DNA of 48,197 nucleotides from Chromera velia (Eukaryota): NCBI GenBank assembly GCA_018398765.1, contig JAHBMJ010000413.1, positions 1 to 48,197 of the forward strand, read 5' to 3'. Shown piece by piece: positions 1 to 12,875 of this stretch (position 1 is its first letter; each line of letters starts with the position of its first letter). The notes under the pieces were generated by a model. It saw only the letters and a program-made list of their open reading frames with translations, ran no database searches and was not told where the DNA came from. The position numbers and the translations under genes were made by a program.

Positions 1-775
1 TGCGGCGGCGCCCACTCTAACCATCTGGGTTCTCAGTTTAGGGCTTCTAGCCAACCCTCAAAAGCCTATCGAACCCTAGAGGCATTAGGCATGGGCCGCT
101 GCATGTTTTCTCCGTCAAGTTGTGAGGGCATGCCGGGGCCTGTGTGCGCACACCCCCGCGAGGAAGGAGTCGCGGGGGGTTAAGTGCCCCCCGGGCGGAG
201 AGCTCCGTGCGAACATGTTTCAAGCCTCGCTCCGCCCTCCGGGGCCATGCATGCAGGATGCCACTTCCACAGGCTCCAGTGGCATGCCGGGGCCCAGTAA
301 AAAAGTGCCAGCTAGGATGCCCTCGAGGGCTTTTCTTGCGGGGGGGGCTCCCCGGGGCCCGGGCAGCTATGTACGGATAAAAGCCCGCGATGCGTGACGG
401 TTCCTGAGCCCGAACTCGATCGGACACAAAGTCCGTATAATTAATGATTAATTATAACACGAGAACCCGGCCTGCCGCGCGCGGCCGGGGGTGCACAGAT
501 CTATAGACAAGAACCGAGGCCCTGGGCCCCGGCAGGAACGCGCGTATACGTCAGGGGCCCGGGCCCAATTAAATGCGGGACGCCGCACATCAATAAGAAT
601 TGCTCTGTCTCTCTTACAGATGCATGAAACTTCAGAGTTTCTGCTGAGAGCTGGTTCAGTCCTGTCATGCATGAAGTGCAGGGTGCTTGCTCTTTTCGGA
701 TTTTCTGTGTCAATTGATCCATCTCTCTGGAAGAGGCCTCTGTTAAGTCCAAACCGAAGTGCCGTCTCCTTGACC

Positions 776-1735
776 ATGACTTCTGAAGAGAAACCGCTGG
801 CACGTCCTCTCGTTGAAGCCGACACAGCAGAGGACGAAAGCAAAGCGATAAAGGTGCACAAGAAATCTGAGGACGGTCATGAGAAGGAAGTTGAGAAAGA
901 GACTTCGATCGTTCGTGTCAAGGACTGCTCTGCCATAGTCGTGGACATTGAGGGCACGACTACTTCTATTTCTTTTGTGGCTGAGACTCTCTTTCCGTAT
1001 GCCAAAGAGAAGGTCGAGGCGTTTATTTCCGAAACATTTGACACTCCAGAAACGAAGGAAGACATTCGTGCGCTCTCGAAACTTCGTGCAGAGGATGTCG
1101 AACAGAATTTGAGTCCTCCCCCCTTCCCGTCTCTTCCAGAGGAGGGAGACGGCAAAAGTCTTGCCCCTGAGGCAAAGGCTGAAGTGGTGCAAGGGGTGGC
1201 TGCGTATGTCAAGTGGTTGATAGGTGCAGACAGAAAAGTATCACCCCTGAAGAGTCTTCAAGGAAGAATTTGGGAGACAGGGTACAAGAAAGGGGACCTG
1301 GTCGGGCATGTTTATGAGGAAGTGCCGGGGCGTTTGAAGACCTGGATTACCCAACCCGTTGGGAAACCCGCCGACGACAGCGAGAAAGACAAAGCACTCG
1401 TGAAACTGTATGTGTACAGCAGTGGTTCGGTACTTGCACAGAAGCTCCTGTTCGGTCACACTTCCCACGGTGATCTGCTTCCCCTCTTCAGCGGTCACTT
1501 CGATACCAAGCATCCAGGCTCGAAGCTTGAGTGGAAAAGTTATGAAACGATTGCAAAGGACGTCGGGCTGCCTCCCTCAAGAATCGTATTCCTTACAGAC
1601 AATATCAACGAGGCCAAGGCAGCAGTGGAATGCGGTATGCAGGTTGTCGTGTCGATTCGCCCGGGCACTGCCGAGTTGCCTGAAGGTCACGGCTTCCCGT
1701 GCGTTCACAGTTTTGATCAGGTGCTGTTGGAGTGA
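776..1735 (+). CDS. ENOPH1: Enolase-phosphatase E1 (acireductone synthase, HAD superfamily, methionine salvage); single exon, ~319 aa
   Basis: Within ORF 491..1735. Motifs DIEGTTTSISFV..TLFPYA, LKSLQGRIWETGY, YVYSSGSVLAQKLLFGHT..GDLLPLFSGHFDT and IVFLTDN.NEAKAA..CGM match MtnC/Utr4/ENOPH1. ATG 776 (ACCATGA) chosen as start; the upstream ORF extension looks non-coding. Confidence 0.95.
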   Translation: MTSEEKPLARPLVEADTAEDESKAIKVHKKSEDGHEKEVEKETSIVRVKDCSAIVVDIEGTTTSISFVAETLFPYAKEKVEAFISETFDTPETKEDIRALSKLRAEDVEQNLSPPPFPSLPEEGDGKSLAPEAKAEVVQGVAAYVKWLIGADRKVSPLKSLQGRIWETGYKKGDLVGHVYEEVPGRLKTWITQPVGKPADDSEKDKALVKLYVYSSGSVLAQKLLFGHTSHGDLLPLFSGHFDTKHPGSKLEWKSYETIAKDVGLPPSRIVFLTDNINEAKAAVECGMQVVVSIRPGTAELPEGHGFPCVHSFDQVLLE

Positions 1736-2175
1736 GGGGATGAGTGGTCGGGTGAGATGATGAGGAGCGTCACTGATGGTGTCGATGCGTGTCTGGTTCG
1801 AATTTTGTCTTTTCGCTTTGCCGGGGGGTACCGCTCGCACATGACGGGAAGGGCAGAGCATTGAATTCCTGCTTGATTACGTGCCTCTTCATGAGTCTGT
1901 TTGCTTTCAGTATTTCAAACTTTAATTAGTCGACAAAGCAAAGTCAAATGCCGAGTGTCGCTGACACTTCATGCTGTTCTCTTGAGCGTGCTGTTTGTAT
2001 TTGGAGAGAGAAGTCGGAAACGGAGGGCACAGAGCTTCATTCAAGCTGCTACCTTTTTTTTTCTACAAACATGCTCTTCCCCCGTCTGTTCATCCGTACT
2101 ACTTGATGAAGTATGAACTTGTTGACATGTCAGCACAATGCATTCATGTGCTTTTGTGTGTAAGAGTCATATGCT

Positions 2176-2352
2176 TGTGTGTGTGTGTGTGTGTCTGTGT
2201 CTGTGTCTGTGTGTCTGTGTGTCTGTGTGTCTGTATGTCTGTATGTGTCTGTGTGTGTCTGTATGTGTCTGTCTGTGTGTGCTTCTCTCTTTTTCTCTCT
2301 CTCTCTTTCCGTCTCCCTCTCCCTCTCCCTCCAGCTCTCTCTCTCCCTCTCT

Positions 2353-2427
<75 letters not shown>

Positions 2428-2466
2428 TGAGTTTGTGTCTATGTGTCTGTCTCTGAGTGTCTTTGA

Positions 2467-2517
<51 letters not shown>
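2176..2517. repeat. Compound microsatellite (GT/CT/GTCT)n
   Basis: Directly visible dinucleotide and tetranucleotide runs. Confidence 0.95.
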
Positions 2518-3164
2518 AAAGTATGAAAAGTGATATCAATTGATTAATTTTAAAAAGTGTATCAAAAATTGATCTAGAAATTGATATTGATTAGAATATT
2601 GATATTAATTTTTGACATACTTTTTAGGTATACACGTTGATATAGAGTATATACTTGGGTAGACCTAGGCCTAGACCTACGCAATATATTCTGATATAGC
2701 ATTTGCAGTGAAATATAATGGAGTCCAGGGGGAGAGCTGGTAGGAGGAAGGATTGAGCAGTGTGTGCTGCAGTGCTGATCAGAAGCCTGATCTTGATTCG
2801 TGATTCTTAACAGAAAGATAAGAAGTGGCCAACACTCCCTGCGGCCAATATCCCTGAAAGAAGGGAGAAACTAGGGGAGAAGGCCTTCATTAGCCCTTCG
2901 ATAAGTAAAAAATTCAGTTAAGGTGGAGTCAAGCAGCTTAAATAGGTAAAAGCAACACATAGAGTAAGAAGAGCAATCAATAGGAAGAGTAGCAGGCCAG
3001 ACGCTAGAAATTAGTAGGAAAGTACCTGTATGAAGTCAATGTCTCCCATAATCATAATAATACTTCATTAGTTCCCTAGGTTAAGCCAGGGGGGGTAATA
3101 AGCCTTCTTGCCATTCTACCAGAAGTTGGAAAGAAAATGAAAGAAAGAGAAAGATAGATAACTA

Positions 3165-3211
3165 GATGGAGAGAGAGAGACAGAGAGAGAGAGAGAGGGC
3201 AGAGAGAGAGA

Positions 3212-3246
<35 letters not shown>

Positions 3247-3850
3247 AGAAAGAAAGAGAAAAAAAAAGAAAATGCCAAAGTTAAGGAAGCTTTTTGGGCT
3301 AGGAAGCTAGAAAGGAAGGAAGCTGGGGGAGGGAGGAAGGAAGGAGGGACGGACGGATGGAAAGAAGGGAGGGAGGGACGGATGGAAGGAAGGAAGGAAG
3401 GAAGCAAGGAAGGAAGGAAGGAAGGAAGCAAGGAAGGAAGGACGGAAAGAACGAAGGAAGGAAGCAAGGAAGGAAGCACGGAAGGAAAGAAGGGAAGAAA
3501 GGGAGGGAGGGAGGGAGGGAAGGAAGGAAGGAAGGAAGGAAGGAAGAGAGGGAGGGAGGGAGGGAGGGAGGGAGGGAGGGAAGGAAGGGAAGGAGGGAGG
3601 GAGGGAAGGAAGGAAGGAAGCAAGCAAGGAACGAAGGAGAGAAGCAAGCAAGCAAGGAAGGAGGCAAGGAAGGAAAAAAGGCAGGCAGGCAGAACAAAGG
3701 AAAGAAAAATTAAAAGGCTGGAAAAGAAGGAGCCTGGAGAAAAGAAGGAAGGCGGGAAAGAACAAAGGAACGAAGGAAGCAACTTCAACGATGGGAGGAC
3801 AGACGGAAGGAAGGAAGCAAAGAAGCAAACAAGCAAGGAGGGGGCAGAAG
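3165..3850. repeat. Purine-rich simple repeat (AG)n/(GGAA)n/(GGGA)n
   Basis: Visible low-complexity tract; the long ORFs here are repeat artefacts. Confidence 0.9.
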
Positions 3851-4460
3851 GAGGAAAACTGCAAGAATTTGCAATTCAGCAAAGTTCACAAAACTTCTTG
3901 TAACAACTGAAGCGTCTTTAAATGACAGAGCATAAATGAGTTTGTGGATCAATTTTGATTGAATCACCGAGTCAAAAAAGCGGATGCGTCAGCTTCGCTC
4001 ACGAAGGCTCACCGAGCAATACAGAACGCAGTGAATCTGGGCCCACCCTTTTACCCTTCTGGTGTCGCTTTCTTCCTTTCCAGCTGGTCAAATGATCGCA
4101 GGTTGGCGGGTCAAACTGCCGGCCTGCTCTGAGTCTAACACATGATGGAGTTTTGCGCCCGACTCTCATAAGATGTATGCAGAGGAACTTGGAAGAAGTG
4201 CGCGCACGCATGTTGATGTCATTGACGGTATTTTCAACCCTTGATTCTAATTTGAACACACCGCTTCCTGCACCAATCCCCCCCGACGCAGTCAAAACCC
4301 GTTTGTTTATTTGTTTAAACTTCACCACCCTGCATGCCGACATGATCGGCGACATCTGGACACGCACGGCATACAGCTTTCTGACGACACAGTGCAGTGC
4401 TCCAACACGCGCCTTCTCATTCCAGAAGTTCCAACTCTGGTCCCCTGGCCTCCTGGCTTC

Positions 4461-4821
4461 TCACTTTACTCTGCACCATCCCACCAACTGGTTGCAGTAC
4501 TGAGCAGGATTGTGCCCTGCGCAGTCATTATCGGTGTCACAGTCACTGAAGCCATGCTCGTCGACATTGTTTCGTTCTTGCTTGGTCCCTGTCTCAAGCA
4601 TTTGCGTTTCGGTGCTAGGCCTGCAATTATGGAAACAGCAAGGAATTTACAGAACAACGCAACACCAGATGCATCATTCTCGTTGGCTGGTCGGACAAAA
4701 GAATCGAGAGAAAAACCAAAGAGACCGACCTCACGCTCTTTGCACTTGGCTTCAATTGAAGGGAACTCCCCGGAGTGAAGAGGAGAACGACACAAAAGAG
4801 AGCTGTGGCGATGAACTTCAT
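4461..4821 (-). CDS. Small secreted cysteine-rich peptide, ~83 aa, 2 exons (4821-4730, 4620-4461)
   Basis: ATG 4821 gives a signal-peptide-like start MKFIATALFCVVLLFTPGSS. A phase-2 intron AG|GTCGGT...TTGCAG|G joins it to PSTETQMLETGTKQERNNVDEHGFSDCDTDNDCAGHNPAQYCNQLVGWCRVK*. Confidence 0.6.
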
Positions 4822-5057
4822 TGTGCTGGGGTTGACTGAGTTCCTTCTGAAGTGTTGTCAGGCTTGCAGTGAAATTCAAAGCAAGGCAAGGCGTTCCCGT
4901 GTTTCTTTGAGGGGCAACTCTCTTGAAACTGTTCAAACCTGTGGGTTGCTCTGCGAAGGAATTTACTGCTGCAGAGAGTCTCTCACTTCCTTTCTTTGTG
5001 GGTCTGGATGGTCGTTTTCGAACGACATGCAGAGACGTAGGATCGATTTGGCAAGCT

Positions 5058-5217
5058 TGCATGCATGATATGAAAAAGAAAAATCAATTTAAGGCGCATG
5101 CATGCATGCATGCATGCAAATTAATGCATGCGAATTTTAATTCGAAATAATAATAATAATTAATTAATTATAAGCTATAGGGAAAAAATAACGATCGATG
5201 CATGCATGCATGCGCCT
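5058..5217. promoter_or_regulatory. TGCATGCA motif cluster forming a 20-bp inverted repeat (5092-5111 / 5198-5217) between divergent genes
   Basis: AGGCGCATGCATGCATGCAT and its exact reverse complement flank an AT-rich spacer between the two divergent start codons (4821 and 5760). TGCATGCA is a known ApiAP2-bound element in apicomplexans; its function here is inferred. Confidence 0.45.
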
Positions 5218-5759
5218 CAAAAAAAAAAAAGAGAGAGAGCTCTATAGAAAAAACAATACAGAAAAATTCATACAGATGGAAATTCAGCAAGGCGATATCG
5301 ATATATATATATATATCTTCAACGGCCGGCCGGCCGATCACCGGAACATGCACTCGGAATTGCCTTGCACTCCATCATGAATGAATTCGACGGGTACATA
5401 TAGAAGAGAGATTCAAGGGGGCATGTTCATCTGTGTAGACATTCCATGGTACATAGAGCGAGCAAATAAAGTGGTGATCAAACTTGAAATACACCCTGGC
5501 AACCCACTTCGGCCTATATATCCTTCAATCTGTTGCTGGTTCTCACTCCGTGTATATATATATCCACACTGCTGGATTGAATCACCAAGCGGAGTGAAGC
5601 TGTGAACAGAGCTTGCCAGTGAGAAAAAAGACAGATCTCATTCTTCTGGGAGAGGCAAAAATGACGGGAGTCTGAGCGGGCTGCTACCGCAACTCTCCTT
5701 TCTCTATGCAGACGACACTTTCAGAAACGAGACAGACTGACTGACTGACTGTCAGACTG

Positions 5760-6142
5760 ATGCAGCGGCACTGGTTGCTTGTCCCCTTCGTGCTCTCTGC
5801 GGCTTTCACCCCAGCCTTCTGTAATGCCACAAAGCTTCAAGAATCGTATGAGTTTGTCAAACAGCTCACGTCATTCCCAGGTACATACATAGTGAAACCA
5901 AACAGAGCACATTGCGCGCCCCCCAAGATTCAAACCTGCGTTTTTTCCTTTTTTTTGTTCTTTTTTCATTGTGGAGTGGTCCGCTTGTCAAGAAACTATA
6001 CGCGACAAAGCCTTTCTTGTCAGAATCTGTGTTCTTGCTTCTCCGTATGTGCAAAAAAAAAAAGGAGCCATACCATCTGAAATCGACGTGTGTGGATGTG
6101 TGCATGGATTTGTAAGTATGTAAGAGAGAGAAAGAGAGAAAG

Positions 6143-6187
<45 letters not shown>

Positions 6188-6190
6188 GAA

Positions 6191-6235
<45 letters not shown>

Positions 6236-7071
6236 CAATAAATGAACGACAAATGAATAACACAAACAAATTTGAAGAGCGAGGGGTATGGGGAAAGGGG
6301 AGAATGGAGGAAGGGAGCGAGGAGAAGGCACACAGAAAGAAATGTAGACAACAAGTGTTTTCACCTTTCTGCGCTTCTGTGTGTTTGTTCCTGCAGCTGT
6401 GCTCGACCTGAACTCTACGACATCATCGAATGATGCGCACGTGAGTGCGTTTGCCTCTTTCTTGGAGGAGGCGCTGCAGGCAAAGGAGGACTATGCTGAT
6501 GGTCACAAACGGCTCGGGAGTGGGGCGAAGGGAGCAGGTGAGAATTTCTTCTTTTGATCTTCTCTCTATCTTTGTCTGTTTGCTTGCTTACTGGGCTTAC
6601 TGGCTTACTTGATTGCTTGGGGATAGGTTTAGGCTCTACCCTTGGGATCACATCAAAAGAGAGGACTGTAAGCAAGATCGCCTTGTTTTTTCTTTTGTCT
6701 CTGTGTTTGTTTAGCTGTTGATGTGATCGTTTGTTGTTTGTCTGTCCATGTATTTTGTTTTTGGTGTAGTTGCCTGCTGCCTGTTTCTGCAGGTGTCTCG
6801 AAGTGGGACACCAAATAAGCCGATCAATTAATCACTTTGTCCACTGTCTCCTCTTTTCGCTTGGTCTATTTTCATCAAGTGGGAACATAATGGACTTCAG
6901 TGCGTGGGTGATTGAATGAGTGGAGTTCGGAAGTGGAGTTGAGTTGTGGACTGGTAAGGCAATTTGAGTTATTGTCGAGAGATGGTGTCTGCTTTCTTTA
7001 GCAGGCGCGAGCTAGTTAGTGGCACCGGAAAGAAAACGTGTTCCAGTAAGCGCGCAAGTGACTCTCTCTCT

Positions 7072-7131
<60 letters not shown>

Positions 7132-7748
7132 ATGTGTGTGTGTGTGTGTGTGCGTCTGTCTGCCTTTGCGTGTCACACGACAGTCTTCATTCTGTCTTTG
7201 TGCTTGTCTATCTCTGCTTGTTCGCAGTTTTTCTTGTGAAGAAAACTTCAGACCAAAAACTGTCAGTCGGTCACCCAGTCAGTCAAACCGTCTCGCGAAT
7301 GTCCATGCATTCTTTGACAGACAGCACCAGAGAATGAATGTGTCTTCTCTTTTTTTTGGACCCGCATGGCCCACTGTTGCGATAGAAAAAGGACAGCAAC
7401 GCTCCTCGTCTTGGAAAAGAAGGCAGCAAGCAAGAGAGGACAGAGGATCGCCCGTGGCTTTGGCTGCTGCACCAGAGAGGTGTTCAGGTTCTTCTTCATC
7501 TTCCCTCACTCTTTTTTCTCAAAAGCAACTTTTTTTCGCGCTCACATGTTGCTGTTCTAGCCTAAATGAATCACTTAGATTGATATGCGCATGCATGCTG
7601 CTGTCTCACACATCCATTTTTGTCGTTTCTTGCATGAAACAAGCGATCTGCCTGTTTCTCACGTTTTCTTAAATTGTGTGTGCCTGTGCCTGTGTCTGTG
7701 TCTGTGTCTATGTCTATGTCTCTGTCTCTATCTCTGTCTCTGTCTCTG

Positions 7749-7798
<50 letters not shown>

Positions 7799-10700
7799 CC
7801 TCTGTGTGTGTGTGTGTGTGTGTGTGCGTGTGCAGTTTTGCTTTGAAGGTCACACTACCGCATCCAGACAACAAGGAAGCCAGTGAAACGAGTTTGGTTA
7901 TGGACACAATCAAGAACGGGGGCATGTCCAATGTGGTTAAGGTAAGTGGCGTGGAGTCACTGTTCTCTTCTTTCGATCCAACTTTTGTTTGCTGTGGTGG
8001 GCGATGGATCTTGACTGCTTCCTGTTTTTGTTTTAGCGCTGGTTGAGCGCCTGTCTGCCTGCGCGAAACACAAAAGCGAAAGAAGAAACGAGACATTCTG
8101 TTTGTTTGTGTGTTACTTATTGTCGTTTTACCTGCCCTTTTCTCCCCGCGTACCGATCTGCTCTGCTCTGCTCTGCTCTGTCCCTCTCTGCTCTGCTCTG
8201 TTCAGACGATTGAAGACCTCGACGACTGCCCCGAGTTCATCTACACTCTCCACAGACAGGCACAGAAAGCGAGGGAGGCAAAGGGACTGAAGCCTGTCAG
8301 AGACGTTCAATTCGAGTGCATAGTCCTCGAGTATTGCGATAAAGGTTGGTCAGACACGTTCAGGGAATATATTCAGGCAGACATACGAGACGAAGCAGAC
8401 AGACAGACAGATAGACAGATGGACACATAGACAGTTAGAAAGACAGACAGATAGACAGGCAGGCGGACCGAGGGAGGCGCAAAAGAGAGAAAGGAAAAAG
8501 GACTCCTTCTCACTTTTTTTTGCGTGCGTCCCTCTTGCGTTCCGATGTCTGTCGTAGTCTCCCCATTATCAGGTCAGGTCTGTGGCAAGATTTTTCAGTT
8601 TGTTGATTCCATCAGGACCTCTCATCCCACCAAGTTCCATACATATGTGTCGACGCTTTTTTTCCTTACTTACACTTTTGCGTCCCTTTTTGCTTTGGTC
8701 ACTGCATGTATGCAGGCGACATGTTCGACCAGGCCCTGAAAATCAACGACAGGGCACCGAGAGCCCCGGATAGCCAGCAGGTCGGTTTGTGAGAGAACGG
8801 GGAGAAATAAACTTCGTCTGTCGTTTCCGTTTTGTTGTGATTCTTCCCGTGATTGTACGTCCGTCGACAATAGTGGATTGCTGCATGGACGGGAGGGTGG
8901 ACAAATGGATGGATAGATTCATTTACTGACTTATTGACAGTCGCATGTATCCTCATTCTGTTCCTTTATTTTTGTGCGCCGTGAGATCGGGAGCGGCTGT
9001 TTGTCGATACTATGTGCAGCAGTGTGTATATAACGTTTCCGGTTGTATACACACGTTCTATCGATAGCAGTACCATCTTTCTGACCAAAATAAAGCCGTT
9101 CTTCGTCCCCTCCCCGTGCACGTGTTGAGCGAGAGACGACCTTAAATGAATTACTTATTGCAAGAAAGTTGCAGATCCTCAAATGGTTCATCGATTCCCT
9201 CCGAGGCCTCTCGGAGCTGCACTCAAGAGGACTTGTGCACAGGGACTTGAAACCTGAGAACGTCTTTCTGGTCACGGAGACTGAGACAAAACCTCTCGAG
9301 GCACCTGCCCATCTCCACCCCACACAGACGGATAAAGACTGGAGAAACGTCACATGGGGGGGAGAGTCAGGAGAAGACGAGGATGGGTACCACCTTGAGA
9401 GGCTCTACGAGAGAATTGACCCCTCGGCCCGTCCACTCCCCCTTGTGTCAACCACGCGCATTGTGGCCAAGCTCGGTGACACAGACTCCATTGTGCGCCT
9501 TGAACGCCTCTCCCAACCGTGTCAGACCGGCACGGACGGACTCAGGGGAGGTGAGTGCAGCGTTGTATCTCTGGCAACTTTGAAATGCAGGAATTCAAGT
9601 GAAGCAAAACATGTTGAGCAGTGCGTGAATAAAGCAGCCGCTTTCAGATGCAGGCTTCGTAGCTCCCACAATCAATCCCGGCACTTCGCCACTTGATTTG
9701 CTTCCGCTCTTTCTGTGTTCCTGGCTCCCATCGTCAACTCCTCTCCTGACAAGACTACATGTCACCTGTGTCATCTCCTCCTCGTGTTTGTGTTTCTCTC
9801 TCTCTCTCTCTCTCTCTACAGGAACGTTTAATTACATGGCGCCTGAGGTTTTTCTTTGCATGAAGAGCCTCCACGAGAGGGCTTGGTACCTGAAGCTGGG
9901 CAAGGAACTGATGACAATGGTTCAACGTCTTCCCTCAATGCAAGGGGCACCTGACACGCAGGTCCGTCGGTCGGTCGGAGTCCCCTCAGGCATGGAGACT
10001 GCGAGTCACTTCTCGGGGGTTTCTCTTCTCAACCTTGGAGGACAGAAACTAAAATTCCCTTTGGAAGAATGATAAACTTGCGTCGATTTTTTTTTACCCT
10101 CTTCAATCCGTGAGATTCTCTTTGATCGTCGATGTAATTCAAAAGAAGTGTGTTTGATTTCGAGTCTTCTGATGCCTCTACCTGCCGTTCCACTGTTGTG
10201 ACGGAAAACTCGTCCTCCCTCCCGCACTGAATCCCTCCCCCCCGCCAACTATGCCTATTCCCGAATGATGTCCCCATCAAGAATGATCAACAGTTCATGG
10301 ACCTCCATAACCAAGCAACTAGTCATGAATGCAGCCAAAAACTCAGACTGCGTGAGAGTTGTTTGTATAAACTCCACTCTGATTCAACTTCCAACCAAAT
10401 GAGATGCGATTTGGATCCAACTCGGTGGCCATGCATTGATTGATGATCATGAGCTCATGCATGCATGCGTGCAGAGGGCCGTGCTTCAAAAAGCGATCGG
10501 GGAGTACCGAGCGAAGAGCCCGATGCTAACCCCCCAACTTCCATCCTTCAAATCCGACGTCTTCTCCCTGGGGGCTGCCTTCCTGTTGATGTGCCAACTG
10601 AGTCTGCCTCTCGGAGAGCTCGAGGACCGGAGCAGAGACGTGAAGAGATACGGCAAGACGTCTCTGCACATCCGCGTGAAGGAAGTCGAAAATTTGATCC

Positions 10701-10863
10701 GAAAAGGGGTCAGTCAGTCAATCAGGCACTGCATGTGATGGTGCATGGGGGGGGGGTGTCCCGGTTCATCGCGAAGTTTTGCACGCCCACCCTCGCGTTT
10801 GTATTTCTGTCTAGCGGTCTGTCTGTCTGTCTGTCTGTCTGTCTGTGTGTCTGTCTGTCTGTG

Positions 10864-10910
<47 letters not shown>

Positions 10911-11260
10911 GTATCTCAGTCAATGTGCATTTACCGAAAAAACCGGAAAAACAGTCCCTCAACAAGTGAATGAACATTTTCTTTTCTCTGTTTCTCTTCA
11001 GGCGGCGTTCAAAGAACAGTCCCTTCCGCTTTGTTCCGGTTGGGGAGAGCGGCAACACGACTCTGGGTACTTTGCAAAGTGAGTGAGTGCCTGAGAGGGT
11101 AAAGTGGATCATTGAGGAGTCTGTCTCTCGTTCTTTTCTTTTTTCTTCTTTCTCCCCTTCGTTGGGGTTGAGGGACGGAGGCCCATTGGTCTCTTTTTTG
11201 TGTGTGGCACGCTTGAGATAGACAAAAGGACACATAGACCGACATGTCTTTCCCTCTGAG

Positions 11261-11339
<79 letters not shown>

Positions 11340-11531
11340 GTGCGTATGATTGATTTCTTGCTTGCTTGATTAATCTTTTGGTCTGTTTGTTCTTCATGCA
11401 GACGTCTTCTGGTGGACAAAATGATGGCCCGACGGCCGGAGGACAGGCCGACAGTCGACGACATCCTTCGGGTGCTCGACCCAGAGAGAAGAGAAAGGAA
11501 GGCAGAGGCACACAGGCACTTGCCATCTTAG
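5760..11531 (+). CDS. Signal-peptide-bearing Ser/Thr protein kinase (NEK-like core, DFG replaced by DTD), ~520 aa, 11 exons
   Basis: Exons 5760-5880, 6397-6537, 7228-7261, 7836-7941, 8206-8344, 8716-8780, 9175-9550, 9822-9961, 10475-10708, 11002-11078, 11402-11531; all GT-AG and phase-consistent (1563 nt). Subdomains appear in order: LGSGAKGAVFLV, LFALK, IVLEYCDKGDM, ILKWF, HRDLKPENVFL, AKLGDTDS, GTFNYMAPE, KSDVFSLG, KMMARRPEDRPTVDDIL. Confidence 0.9.
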
Positions 11532-12875
11532 TTGACAAGAACAGAGTTGACATGAAGAAGTGTGACTCTTTCCCTCTTTTTTCCTAGGCTTCTCTCTGTT
11601 TGCCCCAATCTCTCTGTGTGTGTATGTGTGTGTGTGTGGGGGGGGGNAGAGAGAGAGAGAGAGCACGGAGGGACGAAGTGCGTACGACAGGTTACTGATC
11701 CCTCTTCGAGCAGTCAAAGTGGAGGAGAAATCAAGTTTATGATCCGCAACCCGCCCACTGCAAGGTCAAGTTTTTGAAGCGAGAGAGTCCTCAAAGTTTG
11801 GGCATTTTGTCTTTGCCTGTCAGTTTGCATGTTAACGATGTCAGGTGTTTGGCTCCAAAGCATTTTCCACAGCAAGTCGAATTCAATCAAACTCCTAGAA
11901 TCTCCCGAAGACAAGCAATCGAGAACCCAAAGCTAGATAGATAAGTGTATTGAGGCACACAAAGAATTCAGCGCACTCACAGATCGTGACTGTGCAGAAG
12001 ACACGTGAACAGCTGTGATTTAAAAAAAGAAAAACAGGTCTAACAAAAGTCTTCTCTCAATTTATCTTCAATTGCCAGTGTTCCGCGTTAAATAAATGAA
12101 TTATTCTAATTTCTAACTTTAAAAGATGTGTTTAAAACTAGATAATAAAGAAACAATCGTAGTTTTTATGTAAATTTTTACTTAAATTCTGATATCTCAT
12201 CTCGTGACTTATGTAAAATTTTTCTTTTTAAATTTCTGAGAAATTTACCTAAGCTATAGCAGATTCAAAGTTGATTAAATAGTAAATCTAACTATGGCTG
12301 AAATCCCTTCAATTCCACTACTAGATATAAACGAAAGCACTTTTACTTTTATTTTTTTTCTATTTAATTTATTCGAGCCCATGCAGAGCCTCTCAGCCTG
12401 ATCGAGGTTCAAAAGCTAGCGTAAACCACTTGAATTGAATTTAATTCAAATCAACACATACCGTGAAGAAAAATAAACATTAAAATTGATGAATGATCAT
12501 TAATCATGAATCAAACTTATGATTCACTCTAGACTTAACTTAATCATACTTAATATTACTTAATGATTGAATTCAAAACCAATCAAACGGTTTATAAAAA
12601 TATAATTCAAGATAAAAAATATGAAACACATCAGAAACTAGATCAGAAACCCAGTTTGCTAAAAATCCTCAGTTTAATCCTGCCAGATATACTTACAAAC
12701 ACATCTTTCACTCTCAGACTTTAGTAAGGGTTAGCTATTGTTTAGCACCATTGCATTTTTATGAATCTATAAAAGAAAACTAAACCTGTGGATTGAATGG
12801 GGGTATTAATTGAAATGATTGTATTAATTCAAAATGTACTAGAAAATGCTAGAGAAATTGCAATCAATTTACACA

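Noticed and set aside
2700..3120. Minus-strand words AYYPP...IIMIMGDID resembling a LINE AP-endonuclease
   Set aside because: Short and interrupted by stops, so it cannot be told from chance without a profile search.
1995..3903. Long ORFs rich in CV/SL or GRKE/PSFL
   Set aside because: These are translations of microsatellites, with no domain signal.
6441..6479. Possible 39-nt GT-AG micro-intron in kinase exon 2
   Set aside because: It is in frame, stop-free and reads as plausible protein (VSAFASFLEEALQ), so it was kept as exon.
11714..11914. Minus-strand LLWKMLW...GGLRIINL resembling the post-RT region of L1/Tx1 elements
   Set aside because: A single weak motif with no other retroelement features nearby.
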